The notes: generated by a model not told the origin, from the sequence alone. 60,795 nucleotides of DNA from an uncultured Acidimicrobiales bacterium (GCA_937981915.1 CALJMD010000121.1:1-60795); one strand, 5' to 3'. Shown: positions 38,535-48,435, numbered from the stretch's first letter. A program made the numbers and translations.

Positions 38535-40190
38535 ATGGACATGGACGATGACATCAGCGGGGGCACTGGGCGACGGATAGCGGTTTTGAGCCTGTTCCCG
38601 CTCCTTTTCTTTATCGGGCTTGCCGCCTTGGCGCAAATAGAGCTGTCAGATCATCCACGACAGGCGGTCTTTCTTGCCGTTGCGGTACTCGGTGCACTTG
38701 TGACCGCTGCTACCGGCGCGCTGTCCGTGAAAACCGTCAAATCTGTTCTGACCGACGCCCGACAACGCTCGGAGATTCTTGCCCGCCGAGAACTAGCGCC
38801 AACCCGCTGGCAGCAGGCGTCGGCCCTGAATCCTCGGGTCGGTAGCCACAACACCGATCCGTTCGGCGAGCTCGACAACAACCCGTCACTCGATGTTGGA
38901 GCCAACCATCATCAGTACCCGCTGGACAACGCGTCTCAGCTTGACCAGCTCCCGACTCCCCCAAGAACAACGGCGAAAGATCGGCTCGAAGCCGAGGTCT
39001 CCATGTCCAACACCTCGCTTCAGCCGCAGCCGGACGTCTCGCCCCCCGGTCACGCAACCCACGCTGTTGCCCAACCGTCGCCCGCAGGCAACGAGGTGGA
39101 GCCGATCGACCAAGTGCCCGACGCGGTATCCGCGGTTGCTCAGGACCGAGCTGGCCCGGTGGTACGCAACCTTGTTAAACGGATTCAGGCCATGCTCGAT
39201 CGTCAAATCGACCTCGTCGACGAGTTGGAGTCCAAGGAGGAAGATCCGTTTTACCTGGAGAAGCTTTTCAAGATCGATCACTTGGCCAACCGAATGCGTC
39301 GTACCGCTGATGGGCTGCTCGTTCTAGCCGGGGCAGGTCTTGATCGTCGACTTGGCGGCCCGGTTCCGGTTCTTGATGTGCTCCGGGTGTCGATCGGTGA
39401 GGTTGAAGACCATCGTCGAGTTGCCGCGGTGAGAGCGGAGACCGCCTCGGTGTCCGCGGGCGCAGCTCTAGCGTTGGCCCACATGGCCGCTGAGCTGATC
39501 GAGAACGCCATCGAATTCTCGCCGCCAGAGGCAGGGGTCGATGTTGTCGGCCGACGATGCAGCGGCGACGGTCCGATGGCCTATGAGATCCTCATCAGCG
39601 ATCAAGGGATCGGCATGACGGACGCGCAACTGGTCGAGTTGAACAGTCTCCTCCTCGAGCCTCAGGACTTGAATACACTCTCAGGCCACGCGATGGGCCT
39701 GTCCGTTGTTGGTCATTTGGCCCGACGACTGGAGGCATCGGTGACCCTGTCCAGCGGGGGAGCTGGAGGCGTAATCGCCTCGATTCAGCTGCCGTTGGCG
39801 GTGCTCGATGGCACAGTGGTCGAGGTCGAGACCGAGGACGGCGATCGACCCACACCGCCACTGCCGGAGACAGACCGCCTGCAAGCACTACCTCAGCTTG
39901 CGCCGATAACTCCAAACGGCCGATCCAATCGTCCTGAGCCATCTGATCAGCCAAGCCGTCCTCCGGCTGTTTCCGGCCTCCCGGTACTCGATCGTGCCCG
40001 TGTCGCCTCCGACGTGACCCAACAGACTGACGGAGGCCAGCGGCGACGCAACGTCGACGGCCAACCCCAGAGTCCTTCGCGTCCCAGCCACCGAGACCCC
40101 GGCGAGATCGAAGACATGCTGCGGCGGTACCGGCAGGGTCAAAGCGGGGTCGAACCAACCAGCTCCGAGTGGACGGGGGGCGGCGGGTGA
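38535..40190 (+). CDS. cvnA: Conservon component A: membrane-anchored histidine-kinase-like ATPase (CvnA-type)
   Basis: An N-terminal TM pair, 'KIDHLANRMRRTADGLLVLAG' and a HATPase_c region ('ELIENAIEFSPP', 'ILISDQGIGM', 'GHAMGLSVV'), followed by a Pro-rich tail. It is followed by cvnB, cvnC and cvnD. Confidence 0.8.
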   Translation: MDMDDDISGGTGRRIAVLSLFPLLFFIGLAALAQIELSDHPRQAVFLAVAVLGALVTAATGALSVKTVKSVLTDARQRSEILARRELAPTRWQQASALNPRVGSHNTDPFGELDNNPSLDVGANHHQYPLDNASQLDQLPTPPRTTAKDRLEAEVSMSNTSLQPQPDVSPPGHATHAVAQPSPAGNEVEPIDQVPDAVSAVAQDRAGPVVRNLVKRIQAMLDRQIDLVDELESKEEDPFYLEKLFKIDHLANRMRRTADGLLVLAGAGLDRRLGGPVPVLDVLRVSIGEVEDHRRVAAVRAETASVSAGAALALAHMAAELIENAIEFSPPEAGVDVVGRRCSGDGPMAYEILISDQGIGMTDAQLVELNSLLLEPQDLNTLSGHAMGLSVVGHLARRLEASVTLSSGGAGGVIASIQLPLAVLDGTVVEVETEDGDRPTPPLPETDRLQALPQLAPITPNGRSNRPEPSDQPSRPPAVSGLPVLDRARVASDVTQQTDGGQRRRNVDGQPQSPSRPSHRDPGEIEDMLRRYRQGQSGVEPTSSEWTGGGG

Positions 40191-40600
40191 GCAGCGAGAC
40201 AGAACGACTCTCGTGGCTGCTCGACGGCTTCGTCGAGCGAACGTCCGGAGTTCATGAAGCCGTCGTAGTGTCGGTCGACGGCCTCGCTATGGCCTCGTCA
40301 TCACAGATGGATCGAGATTCCGCCGACCGGTTTGCTGCAGTTGCCTCCGGCCTGGTCGGCCTAAGCTACGGCGCGGCCGGGCGATTCGGTGGCGGTTCTG
40401 TACTCCAAGTGATCGTCGAGATGGAAAACGCGTTTCTACTGGTCACCGGCATCGGGGCCGGTTCTCTACTGGCGACCGTCGCCGACTCATCAGCTGATAT
40501 CGGCATGGTGGCCTACCAGATGGCAGTGATGGTTGACCGAGTCGGCGAAGTCTTAACGCCGGCTTCCCGGGCCGGTTCCACGGGCGTGTCGAGCCCGTGA
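40187..40600 (+). CDS. cvnB: Conservon component B: Roadblock/LC7 (MglB-like) domain protein
   Basis: 'LSWLLDGFVERTSGVHEAVVVSVDGLAMA' is a Roadblock/LC7 pattern. The GTG 40187 start forms a GTGA overlap with the cvnA stop. Confidence 0.8.
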   Translation: MSSETERLSWLLDGFVERTSGVHEAVVVSVDGLAMASSSQMDRDSADRFAAVASGLVGLSYGAAGRFGGGSVLQVIVEMENAFLLVTGIGAGSLLATVADSSADIGMVAYQMAVMVDRVGEVLTPASRAGSTGVSSP

Positions 40601-40962
40601 ACCCGCACAACGTTCCCTCGATCCGGGTTCCCCCGTACCTAATCACCGAAGGTCGGACAACACCCGACATCGTGTTGGCCCTTGAGTCGCGTGTGCAGCG
40701 ATTGGTCGGTGGCTCCCTCGGGGCCATGGCGGGTACCGCCATGCCAGAGAAGGCGGCGATTCTGGCAGCTTGTCGACTGCCAACGCCCGTAGCTGAGATC
40801 GCCGGAAGAACCAGACTTCCAATTCAGGTCACCAGAATCCTCATCAGCGATCTGATCGATGAGGGACTTATGGCGGTGGAGACCGGCGGGGCCAGTGCCA
40901 ACGACCGCCCCGACATTCAACTGCTTGAACGGGTGCTGAGCGGACTGCGAGAAAATCGATGA
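40597..40962 (+). CDS. cvnC: Conservon component C: DUF742 protein
   Basis: The 'VPPYLITEGRT' motif and a C-terminal wHTH-like 'VAEIAGRTRLPIQVTRILISDLIDEGL'. It has a 4-nt overlap with both neighbours. Confidence 0.8.
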   Translation: MNPHNVPSIRVPPYLITEGRTTPDIVLALESRVQRLVGGSLGAMAGTAMPEKAAILAACRLPTPVAEIAGRTRLPIQVTRILISDLIDEGLMAVETGGASANDRPDIQLLERVLSGLRENR

Positions 40963-41582
40963 ACCCGCAATCGGAACACCTGGCGGTCAAGGTGGTCGTA
41001 GCTGGGGGCTTTTCGGTGGGCAAGACCACCATGGTCGGCGCTATCTCCGATATCGAGCCGCTCTCAACCGAGGCCGACCTCACTATGGAGAGCGTCGGCA
41101 TAGACGAATTCGGGGCCTCTAAGCCGAAGACATCCACGACCGTTGCCCTCGACTTTGGACGCGTCAACCTCGACGCGGGCCTGACTCTGTATCTCTTCGG
41201 AGCACCCGGCCAGGAACGCTTCCGCTTCATGTGGGATGAGCTTGTTCGAGGCAGCGTCGGCGCCATTGTCTTAGTCGACACGCTGCGGCTCGTCGACTGC
41301 TTTGCCTCAATCACTTTCCTGGAACAGGCCGGGGTGCCGTTTGTCGTCGCCATCAACACATTCGACAACGTGCTACACCACCATCCCGACGACGTGCGCA
41401 GCGCATTGGGCCTAGACGACGAAATTCCGGTCTTGATCTCGGACGCCCGGGAACGGGAATCGGTCAGTGACTGCCTGGTGACGCTGGTCGAACACGCCAT
41501 CGTCTCGTCAAGAGGCGTTGGGCGTCAACCTCAGCGCTTCGGGCCGGCCAAGAGCCCTAGAACGTCGGAGCTGCTCCGATAA
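40959..41582 (+). CDS. cvnD: Conservon component D: small Ras/MglA-like GTPase
   Basis: 'KVVVAGGFSVGKTT' (G1), 'LFGAPGQERF' (G3) and 'VVAINTFD' (G4-like). Confidence 0.85.
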   Translation: MNPQSEHLAVKVVVAGGFSVGKTTMVGAISDIEPLSTEADLTMESVGIDEFGASKPKTSTTVALDFGRVNLDAGLTLYLFGAPGQERFRFMWDELVRGSVGAIVLVDTLRLVDCFASITFLEQAGVPFVVAINTFDNVLHHHPDDVRSALGLDDEIPVLISDARERESVSDCLVTLVEHAIVSSRGVGRQPQRFGPAKSPRTSELLR

Positions 41583-42282
41583 AGTCGAGAGCCTTCTCGA
41601 CAAAGTCAAAGGCCTTGGGCAACCCGAAATGGTCGACACCGCGGATGACCTGCAGCTGTCCGTCGGGCAAGCGCTCGGCCAACGGTTCCGCTGGACGGGC
41701 GAAGTCCTGCTCGCCGACCACTACCAGCGTCGGCAGTGAGATGCGGTCAATGTGTTCAGGTGTCAGCTGAGGTGACTCTCGGCTGGCGAACGAAGCCAGG
41801 GCCTTCGGATCGTTGCCATTGGAGCTTGCCATTGTCAAAAATCTCGTCTCGATCGGTGTCGCCGGCTCACGTTCACCTCTGAGCATCGGGGCCAAGTCGA
41901 AGCCGGAGCCTTCCCGCTCGACCAATCCCACCGCAGCCGCCCCAATTCCACCTAGAACCAGCCTGCGAAACCTCTCGGGATGTTCTGCGGCCAAGGCGAT
42001 CAGTACTCGAGCGCCGGCTGAATAACCGATGGCGTCGACGGGACCGTCGCTTGGCAATAGGCCTGCGACCTGCTCCTCAACGTGGCGGTAGGCATTGCTG
42101 TCGTGAGGCTTCTCGGCGTCACCGTGGCCAAGCAGATCGGGGGCGATCACCGGTCTGCCCGCCTCGGTTATGAGATCGACCCAGCCCGGCTCGTGCCATG
42201 TTCGCCGTGCTGAGGTGGTGAAGCCATGAACTAACAGAACCGGTAGGTGATCAGTCTCAGCTGGCAAGAGAAACCTCGTCAC
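41557..42282 (-). CDS. Alpha/beta-fold hydrolase
   Basis: 'PVLLVHGFTTS', the nucleophile elbow 'GYSAGA' and 'GVDHF' near the C-terminus. GTG 42282 is preferred to the ORF-track start at 42423. Confidence 0.8.
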   Translation of the reverse strand: MTRFLLPAETDHLPVLLVHGFTTSARRTWHEPGWVDLITEAGRPVIAPDLLGHGDAEKPHDSNAYRHVEEQVAGLLPSDGPVDAIGYSAGARVLIALAAEHPERFRRLVLGGIGAAAVGLVEREGSGFDLAPMLRGEREPATPIETRFLTMASSNGNDPKALASFASRESPQLTPEHIDRISLPTLVVVGEQDFARPAEPLAERLPDGQLQVIRGVDHFGLPKAFDFVEKALDFIGAAPTF

Positions 42283-42517
42283 AGGTTGCCGGTTGGCCAA
42301 CCGGGTCGAGGTCGGCCAGCACCGCTGGAGCACTCCGTCGGATCGCTGCGATATCGGCAGTTCGGTATGAGGCCAAGCGGACGCTCCACGAGTCGACGAT
42401 TTCACGTTGGTTGGTGAACGCAAAGAACGTCGTCAGCGGTCCTTCCTGCTGGTACGCATCTGCGTCTTCGACAAAGTCCGTGGTCTGGTCGTTCAGGGTT
42501 ACTGCATAGAAGGCCAC
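42257..42517 (-). CDS. Small hypothetical protein (86 aa from GTG 42517)
   Basis: GTG 42517 lies 7 nt after AAGGAG. The 3' end overlaps the proposed hydrolase start by 26 nt. I recognise no motif. Confidence 0.45.
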   Translation of the reverse strand: MAFYAVTLNDQTTDFVEDADAYQQEGPLTTFFAFTNQREIVDSWSVRLASYRTADIAAIRRSAPAVLADLDPVGQPATCDEVSLAS

Positions 42518-42637
42518 TGATTTTCTCCTTTCACTGGTCACGGGCCTTGGCGGATGGATTGATTGGGTGGAATGATTTGGCCCGGTACTTGTCTACGCTA
42601 CGTCAGGTGGCCTGTGTGGTGCTAGAGGGGTAAGTCT

Positions 42638-42946
42638 GTGGATTCTGAAAGTTATCCACAGAGGGCCCCCTCGAGTGGCCCTCCGCTACGGCCTGACGGC
42701 ATCACTCAGCCACGACCTGATCGGTTCGGCGAGAGTGAGGTCGGGTTCGCCGACGCGATGGATCGCCACCGTGAGGCGATAGATGCGGGTTCGCCCGGCT
42801 ACCTCGACCCAACGTCGGGGCTCTTTGTGATGACGGCGGCCTACCTTCGCGATCGCCGATACTGCTGCGACCGAGGATGTCGGCACTGTCCGTTCGAGCC
42901 GGGCCAGTCCAAACGAGGTAGCCGTTCAGAGCCCGACGGCGGCTGA
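42638..42946 (+). CDS. DUF5522-like cysteine-motif protein
   Basis: 'GLFVMTAAYLRDRRYCCDRGCRHCPF' matches the C-terminal CC..GC.HCP motif of that family. Confidence 0.6.
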   Translation: MDSESYPQRAPSSGPPLRPDGITQPRPDRFGESEVGFADAMDRHREAIDAGSPGYLDPTSGLFVMTAAYLRDRRYCCDRGCRHCPFEPGQSKRGSRSEPDGG

Positions 42947-44518
42947 CGATCCAGTCCGCGGCTCGGCCGCACCGTAGAGCGTCCCATTGGGGCCAACATC
43001 GATCAAGTGTGCGTGGCCGAACAGCGACTGACCCCACGGCCGCTCATCCACTTGATGTCCCAGGGAGCGAAGCCCGTCCGCCCAGCCAGAGCCTGCCTCT
43101 ACTGCGACTGACAGGGAATCAGCTTTTGCCCAGGTGTCGAAACCAACGGCATCGGGCACGGTCAGCGTAAAGCGCGGGCTGGATACCGCAGCGCCCGCAT
43201 CGCCGGAGCCGGCCAGCAACTGGGCCAACATCTGCAGGACGACCTGAGGTTGACCGTCACCCCCCATTGTTCCCAGCACTGAGCGGCGCTGGCCCTGACT
43301 GCCCGTCACCAGGGCGGGGCACAGGGTGCTCGGCGGTCGGCGACCGGGTCCAAGTTCGGCTGGATGGCCGGCTTCCAGAGAGAATCCGATGCCGCGGTTG
43401 TGGAGAAAAACCCCTACCTCGGGAACAGCCAGGTGTGATCCGAAGCCTGCGGCGTTCGAGTTCATCAGGGAGACGCTCATCGACTGATCCGCGGTGCACA
43501 AGTAGATGGTGCCGCCGCCAGCTGTTGGGGCTGAGAGCCGGCTTGCCCGGTCATGGCTCAAATTGTCGACCCGTTCCTGTAATGCCCGGCCGCCGAGGAG
43601 TCGCTGAAGGTCAGCACCTTCGTACAGCACCGATGTTCGATCGACGGCTGCCTGTTTGCTGGCTTCGATCAAGAGGTGGGCCCATCGTGGGTCCTCGACC
43701 TCGTAGGGGAGATCCGCTGCATCGGCAATAGCGGAGGCCAACAACGTGAGGTAACCCTGGGAGTTGGCCGGCACCGACCAGATGGTGTGATCCCACGCGT
43801 CAACTCTGAGCGGTTCGACCCAGTCAGCGCTCGATTGTTGCAGATCGGTGGGGGAGAAGAGTCCGTCACCGAGACGGATAAGGCCGTCGCCGAATTCGCC
43901 CTCGTACCATCCGGAGCGGCCCTCTGCCGCAATGGCTCGCAGGGATCGAGCCAGGCCCGGACGCCGGACGGTTTGACCCGGGATCAACGAGCGTCCGTCA
44001 CTGATGTAATCGGACGCACCGTCGACGTTGACGACCAGTTCGGATGCTGCTGCCAGGGAGTCCGTTGCCGGGAAGCCCTCGTCAGCCAGGTCGACCGCAG
44101 GGGCGAGAACCGTTTCCAGGTCCAATGATCCGTACCGGTCGTGGAGCGCCAACCAGCCATCCACACACCCGGGCACGGGAATGGAACGAACGTCGCCACG
44201 AAACGGCATGGCGGCCAAACCATCTGCTCGTAGTGATGATGCGTCGGCACCGGAGCCGCTGCGGCCGGATGCATTCAGTGCTGTAGGTGTGCTGTCACCG
44301 ACCTGCACAAGCGCCCAGAGATCGCCACCCATGCCGCACATGTGTTGCGTAGTAACAGCTAGTGCAGCCGAGGCGGCCACAGCGGCGTCGGCAGCGTTGC
44401 CGCCCAGGCTGAGTATTCGTAGACCAGCACCCGATGCCAGATGGTCGACCGTGCAGACCATGGCGCGTCTTGCACTTCGTGCCGGCTCAACTCTGTTCAC
44501 TGGCAAATCTGACATCAA
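42926..44518 (-). CDS. ggt: Gamma-glutamyltransferase family protein
   Basis: 'CGMGGDLWA', 'GGTIYLC' and the autoprocessing and nucleophile region 'VLGTMGGDGQPQ'. Confidence 0.88.
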   Translation of the reverse strand: MMSDLPVNRVEPARSARRAMVCTVDHLASGAGLRILSLGGNAADAAVAASAALAVTTQHMCGMGGDLWALVQVGDSTPTALNASGRSGSGADASSLRADGLAAMPFRGDVRSIPVPGCVDGWLALHDRYGSLDLETVLAPAVDLADEGFPATDSLAAASELVVNVDGASDYISDGRSLIPGQTVRRPGLARSLRAIAAEGRSGWYEGEFGDGLIRLGDGLFSPTDLQQSSADWVEPLRVDAWDHTIWSVPANSQGYLTLLASAIADAADLPYEVEDPRWAHLLIEASKQAAVDRTSVLYEGADLQRLLGGRALQERVDNLSHDRASRLSAPTAGGGTIYLCTADQSMSVSLMNSNAAGFGSHLAVPEVGVFLHNRGIGFSLEAGHPAELGPGRRPPSTLCPALVTGSQGQRRSVLGTMGGDGQPQVVLQMLAQLLAGSGDAGAAVSSPRFTLTVPDAVGFDTWAKADSLSVAVEAGSGWADGLRSLGHQVDERPWGQSLFGHAHLIDVGPNGTLYGAAEPRTGSSAAVGL

Positions 44519-44585
44519 GAATCCTCGCTAGGTGTAGCCGTGAGCGATACTCGGCCGGATCGCTGCCCCAAAGGGACGTTGCGCG

Positions 44586-45377
44586 TTAGCAGCCTGGCTG
44601 GGAGGACTGCCGCTCGCCGAGGACACTGCGAAGCGTCGCTGTCTCATCGGTGATAATGGCATCGGCACCGGCATCAAGCAAACGCTTCATCTCACTGCTG
44701 TCGTTCACGGTCCAGTAGTGGATTTGAAGACCTGCGTCGTGGAAACGAGAGATCAGCCACTCACCGTCTAATGGAACCCCTAAATGCGATGGTGGGATCT
44801 GTAGGCAGGCGTGATCGGTTTTGGGGACTCGCCCAGCCCGCGCCTGCATCAAAAGAGCAGCGAGTTCTTTAGGGCCCGGTGACGTGCAGAGCTGAGCGCC
44901 GAGGGCGTCTTTGGCGTGACGGATACGACGATCGGAGAACGAACCGATGCAGACACGATCCACGGCATCGGCTTCCTTTAGAAGGCGACAGAGAGGCTCC
45001 ACCGCGCCGTCGGTCTTCGGGTCGATGTTAAATCGGGTGTTGGGAAGCGCCCTCAGAAGTTCATCGAAGCGCGGGATGGTGTGGTCGCCGTCAAGCCTTA
45101 GCTCCGAGAGCTCATTCCACGTGTGATCAGCGATTGTGCTCGGAGAACCAGTCATTCGATTGAGACTCTGGTCGTGAAATGCTACGACAACCCCGTCGCT
45201 GGTGACGTGGACGTCAGTCTCCAGATGGCTGTAGCCGAGGTCGACTGCGTGTACGAAGGCTGCGGTGGTGTTTTCCGGCCCTCCGCCCCGGCCTCCCCGA
45301 TGGGCGATACCGAACGGCGTTTTAGACGGAAGAAACCCAACACCCATGTGAACGACATTAGCGTCAAGCATGACCAC
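44586..45377 (-). CDS. Glycerophosphodiester phosphodiesterase family protein
   Basis: 'IAHRGG...ENT..AF', 'LETDVHVTSDGVVVAFHD' and 'IHYWTVN' are GDPD signatures. Confidence 0.88.
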   Translation of the reverse strand: MVMLDANVVHMGVGFLPSKTPFGIAHRGGRGGGPENTTAAFVHAVDLGYSHLETDVHVTSDGVVVAFHDQSLNRMTGSPSTIADHTWNELSELRLDGDHTIPRFDELLRALPNTRFNIDPKTDGAVEPLCRLLKEADAVDRVCIGSFSDRRIRHAKDALGAQLCTSPGPKELAALLMQARAGRVPKTDHACLQIPPSHLGVPLDGEWLISRFHDAGLQIHYWTVNDSSEMKRLLDAGADAIITDETATLRSVLGERQSSQPGC

Positions 45378-45435
45378 CTACCGCCACGCGGTGTGATTTG
45401 TTGTGTGCTGCCGTTGACCGTGTAGCGTCAGAGCC

Positions 45436-46224
45436 GTGACAGGGGCTGTGCATCTAGAGCGTTCCGAAGCGGTAGCGACGCTCGTGTTCGACAATCGTCA
45501 ACGACACAACGCGATGACCGTGGCCATGTGGAAGCAAGTTGCCGAACACTGTCGAACGGTCGACGCCGACTCATCGATCCGCCTTGTCGTACTAACCGGC
45601 GCCGGGTCGGAGGCGTTCGTTGCAGGCGCAGATATCTCCGAATTCGGTGAGCATCGAACCCCGGAGTCAGCGCCCTCCTACGACGTATTGACAGCCGAGG
45701 CACAATCCGCCATCCGAGCGCTCGCCGTGCCCGTCGTCGCCAAGATCAAGGGTTTTTGTATTGGCGGCGGCCTGGCGTTGGCCTTAGCGGCCGACCTTCG
45801 CTTCTGCGACGACACGGCGGTCTTCGGACTTCCACCTGCCCGACTCGGTATTGGCTACTCCCCGAACGGGGTGGGTGGCCTGGTTGACGTCGTCGGGCCC
45901 GGGCCAGCGGCTGAACTGCTCTATGGAGCCTCATGGATCAAGGCACCTCGAGCCGAACGCTGGGGTTTGGTCAACGAAGTGGTTCCGGTTGATGACTTCG
46001 ATCAATTCACCGACAAGTGGGTGTCCACCGCAGTCAGCCGAGCCCCACTGTCACAGCAGGCGGCAAAGCTGGCCATCCGAGCACATTTGGCTCGTGGCAC
46101 CGAACAAGAAGGCTTGGACGAACGCGCTCAAGCGTTAGTACAGAGGTGTTACGGCTCTGAGGACTATATGGAAGGCATTGCCGCCTTCGGCGACAAGCGA
46201 AGCCCCATGTTCAAGGGCCGCTGA
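45436..46224 (+). CDS. Enoyl-CoA hydratase/isomerase family protein
   Basis: 'VLTGAGSEAFVAGADISEF', 'KGFCIGGGLALALAADLR' and 'DYMEGIAAFGDKRSPMF'. Confidence 0.9.
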   Translation: MTGAVHLERSEAVATLVFDNRQRHNAMTVAMWKQVAEHCRTVDADSSIRLVVLTGAGSEAFVAGADISEFGEHRTPESAPSYDVLTAEAQSAIRALAVPVVAKIKGFCIGGGLALALAADLRFCDDTAVFGLPPARLGIGYSPNGVGGLVDVVGPGPAAELLYGASWIKAPRAERWGLVNEVVPVDDFDQFTDKWVSTAVSRAPLSQQAAKLAIRAHLARGTEQEGLDERAQALVQRCYGSEDYMEGIAAFGDKRSPMFKGR

Positions 46225-46292
46225 GCGAAACCGACAAGTATTCGCAACGGCAGTCGCAGACGACAAACCACGATTCTTGGAGACGTGCAAGA

Positions 46293-46853
46293 GTGATCGA
46301 CCGACAAATCAAGAAGTGTCTCGGGCAGATGATCAAGGGAGTGCAAGTGGTGGCGGCCAGCCACGATGGTGTCACCCGCGCCTACACCTCGCACTGGGTC
46401 AGCCAGATCTCATTTGAGGAACCGATCGTAATGGCTTCGGTCAGCCCCAAACACGACACGTACCCCCTGATGATCGACTCCGGCCGATTCACCGTGTCGA
46501 TTCTGGCCTCTGACCAAATCATGGAGGGCCAGTACTTTTCCTACCCGGGCCGGAAGTTTAACTACGTCGCTCCTGAGTTCATCGAACACGACGAGAACAA
46601 CGATCCCTACGTCCCGAACGCCATTGCTTGGCTGACCTGTGAGACGTTCGAGCGCGTCGAACGATTCGACCACGACCTCTTCCTGGCCACTGTGACCGCC
46701 GTTCGTGAAGGACGGCTGGCCGAGCCACCGTTGCTCTACTCGGCACGTCACGGGTGGAGGGTCACCGGCGACAACGCCCGCGAGAAGGGCGTGTCGATCC
46801 GCGATCAGTTGCTGGAGCGAGTAGACGCCCAGCAGTCGGAGCCGGACAGCTGA
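46293..46853 (+). CDS. Flavin reductase-like (FMN-binding split-barrel) protein
   Basis: 'GVQVVAASHDGVTRAYTSHWVSQISFEEPIVMASV' fits the flavin reductase domain pattern. Confidence 0.75.
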   Translation: MIDRQIKKCLGQMIKGVQVVAASHDGVTRAYTSHWVSQISFEEPIVMASVSPKHDTYPLMIDSGRFTVSILASDQIMEGQYFSYPGRKFNYVAPEFIEHDENNDPYVPNAIAWLTCETFERVERFDHDLFLATVTAVREGRLAEPPLLYSARHGWRVTGDNAREKGVSIRDQLLERVDAQQSEPDS

Positions 46854-46939
46854 CGAGAAACGGCATCGACTGCGTCCGGTTTCGAGTGCGTCCGAGCGCT
46901 CTCCGGTCCGACTGAAGATCCGCCGGTAGTATCGGACGA

Positions 46940-48367
46940 GTGAACCGTCGAACCAAAATCATCGCCACAATTGGACCAGCCTGCTCTGATGAGGCGACCT
47001 TGAAGTCGATGATTGAGGCGGGCATGGACGTCGCCCGGTTAAACCTGTCGCACGGCGAACTAGATGAGCACATCACTCGCCTCAGACAGCTTCGAACCAT
47101 CGCAGACTCAATGGGTAGCACTCTTGGGATCATGGCCGATCTGCCGGGTCCCAAGGTTCGTATTGGTGAGTTCGCAGAACCCGTCCACCTCGACATCAAT
47201 GATGAGATGGAGCTGGTACCCGGCGGAGGGAACTCCGAAAAGGGTCGGTTGTCGGTTGGCTATGACGGCTTGCTCACCGATGTTCAGCTCGGCGATCGGT
47301 TGGCGATTGGGGATGGCACGATCGTCATGGAGGTTGTGGACCACAACGGTTCCAGCCTGCGAGCGCGCGTTCTCTACGGAGGAACCGTCCAAGGTCGACC
47401 GGGCCTGCACATCCCATCGGATCGTCTGAAGCTCAGCACACCGACCAGCGATGACCTTCGGCTCCTGGATGCCATGGTCGAAAACGATGTCGACATGATC
47501 GCGCTGTCGTTTGTTCGTTCCGCCCACGACGTACGTCGAACCGGGCTGGAGCCCGCTCCCCGGGGTCCACTGGTGGTGGCCAAGATCGAAACTCGGGCTG
47601 CGGTTGACAATCTGGACGGGATCATTACCGAGTCGGGCGCCATCATGGTGGCTCGGGGCGATCTTGGCACCGAATGCAGCATTCAGGATCTTCCTCATCT
47701 GCAGAAGGCCATCATCAGCAGGTGCATTGCACTTGGTCGCCCAGCGATCACGGCCACCCAGATGCTGGAGTCGATGATCACCGCACCGGCGCCAACTAGA
47801 GCTGAAGCCTCCGATGTGGCCAACGCCGTCTTCGACGGAACATCAGCGGTCATGTTGTCGGCGGAGACAGCCATTGGACATGATCCGGCACACGTGGTGG
47901 CAACGATGGCCAGCATCGCACAACGAGCCGATCAGGAGTTCAACTATGAAACGTGGGGCAAAGATCTCCGCCGCGAGCATTTGACAGAGCGGCAAGGTCT
48001 GGATGCTGCGGTGACCGACGTGATGACGATGGCCACCTGGCAGGCGGCCAAAGAGATCAATGCCAAAGCGATTCTGTGCATCTCCCGCTCCGGCTTCACC
48101 GTGCGGGCAATCGCTCGGTTCCGGCCGGAGGCCCCGATTCTTGGCATTACCCCCGAGGATCGCACCATTCGCCAGTTGAGCATGAGCTGGGGAGCGACCA
48201 CCATCAAGATGGACCGAATTGACGACAACGTGACCACCGTTCACAAAGCGCTCGAACTGGCCAAAGCCCAAGGACACATTCGAACAGGCGATGCAGTGGC
48301 CGTACTCGCTGGGAGCACGGCCACCATTGGCGCCACGGACACCTTGCGGATGGTACGCTGCCCGTAG
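46940..48367 (+). CDS. pyk: Pyruvate kinase
   Basis: 'RRTKIIATIGPA', 'MDVARLNLSHG', 'VVAKIETRAAV', 'IMVARGDLG' and 'TQMLESM'. Confidence 0.96.
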   Translation: MNRRTKIIATIGPACSDEATLKSMIEAGMDVARLNLSHGELDEHITRLRQLRTIADSMGSTLGIMADLPGPKVRIGEFAEPVHLDINDEMELVPGGGNSEKGRLSVGYDGLLTDVQLGDRLAIGDGTIVMEVVDHNGSSLRARVLYGGTVQGRPGLHIPSDRLKLSTPTSDDLRLLDAMVENDVDMIALSFVRSAHDVRRTGLEPAPRGPLVVAKIETRAAVDNLDGIITESGAIMVARGDLGTECSIQDLPHLQKAIISRCIALGRPAITATQMLESMITAPAPTRAEASDVANAVFDGTSAVMLSAETAIGHDPAHVVATMASIAQRADQEFNYETWGKDLRREHLTERQGLDAAVTDVMTMATWQAAKEINAKAILCISRSGFTVRAIARFRPEAPILGITPEDRTIRQLSMSWGATTIKMDRIDDNVTTVHKALELAKAQGHIRTGDAVAVLAGSTATIGATDTLRMVRCP

Positions 48368-48435
48368 TCGGCCACGACCGGTCGCAGAACCGCTTCCGAC
48401 CGGACCAGTAACCTTGGTCTACACCGACCCGCCCT

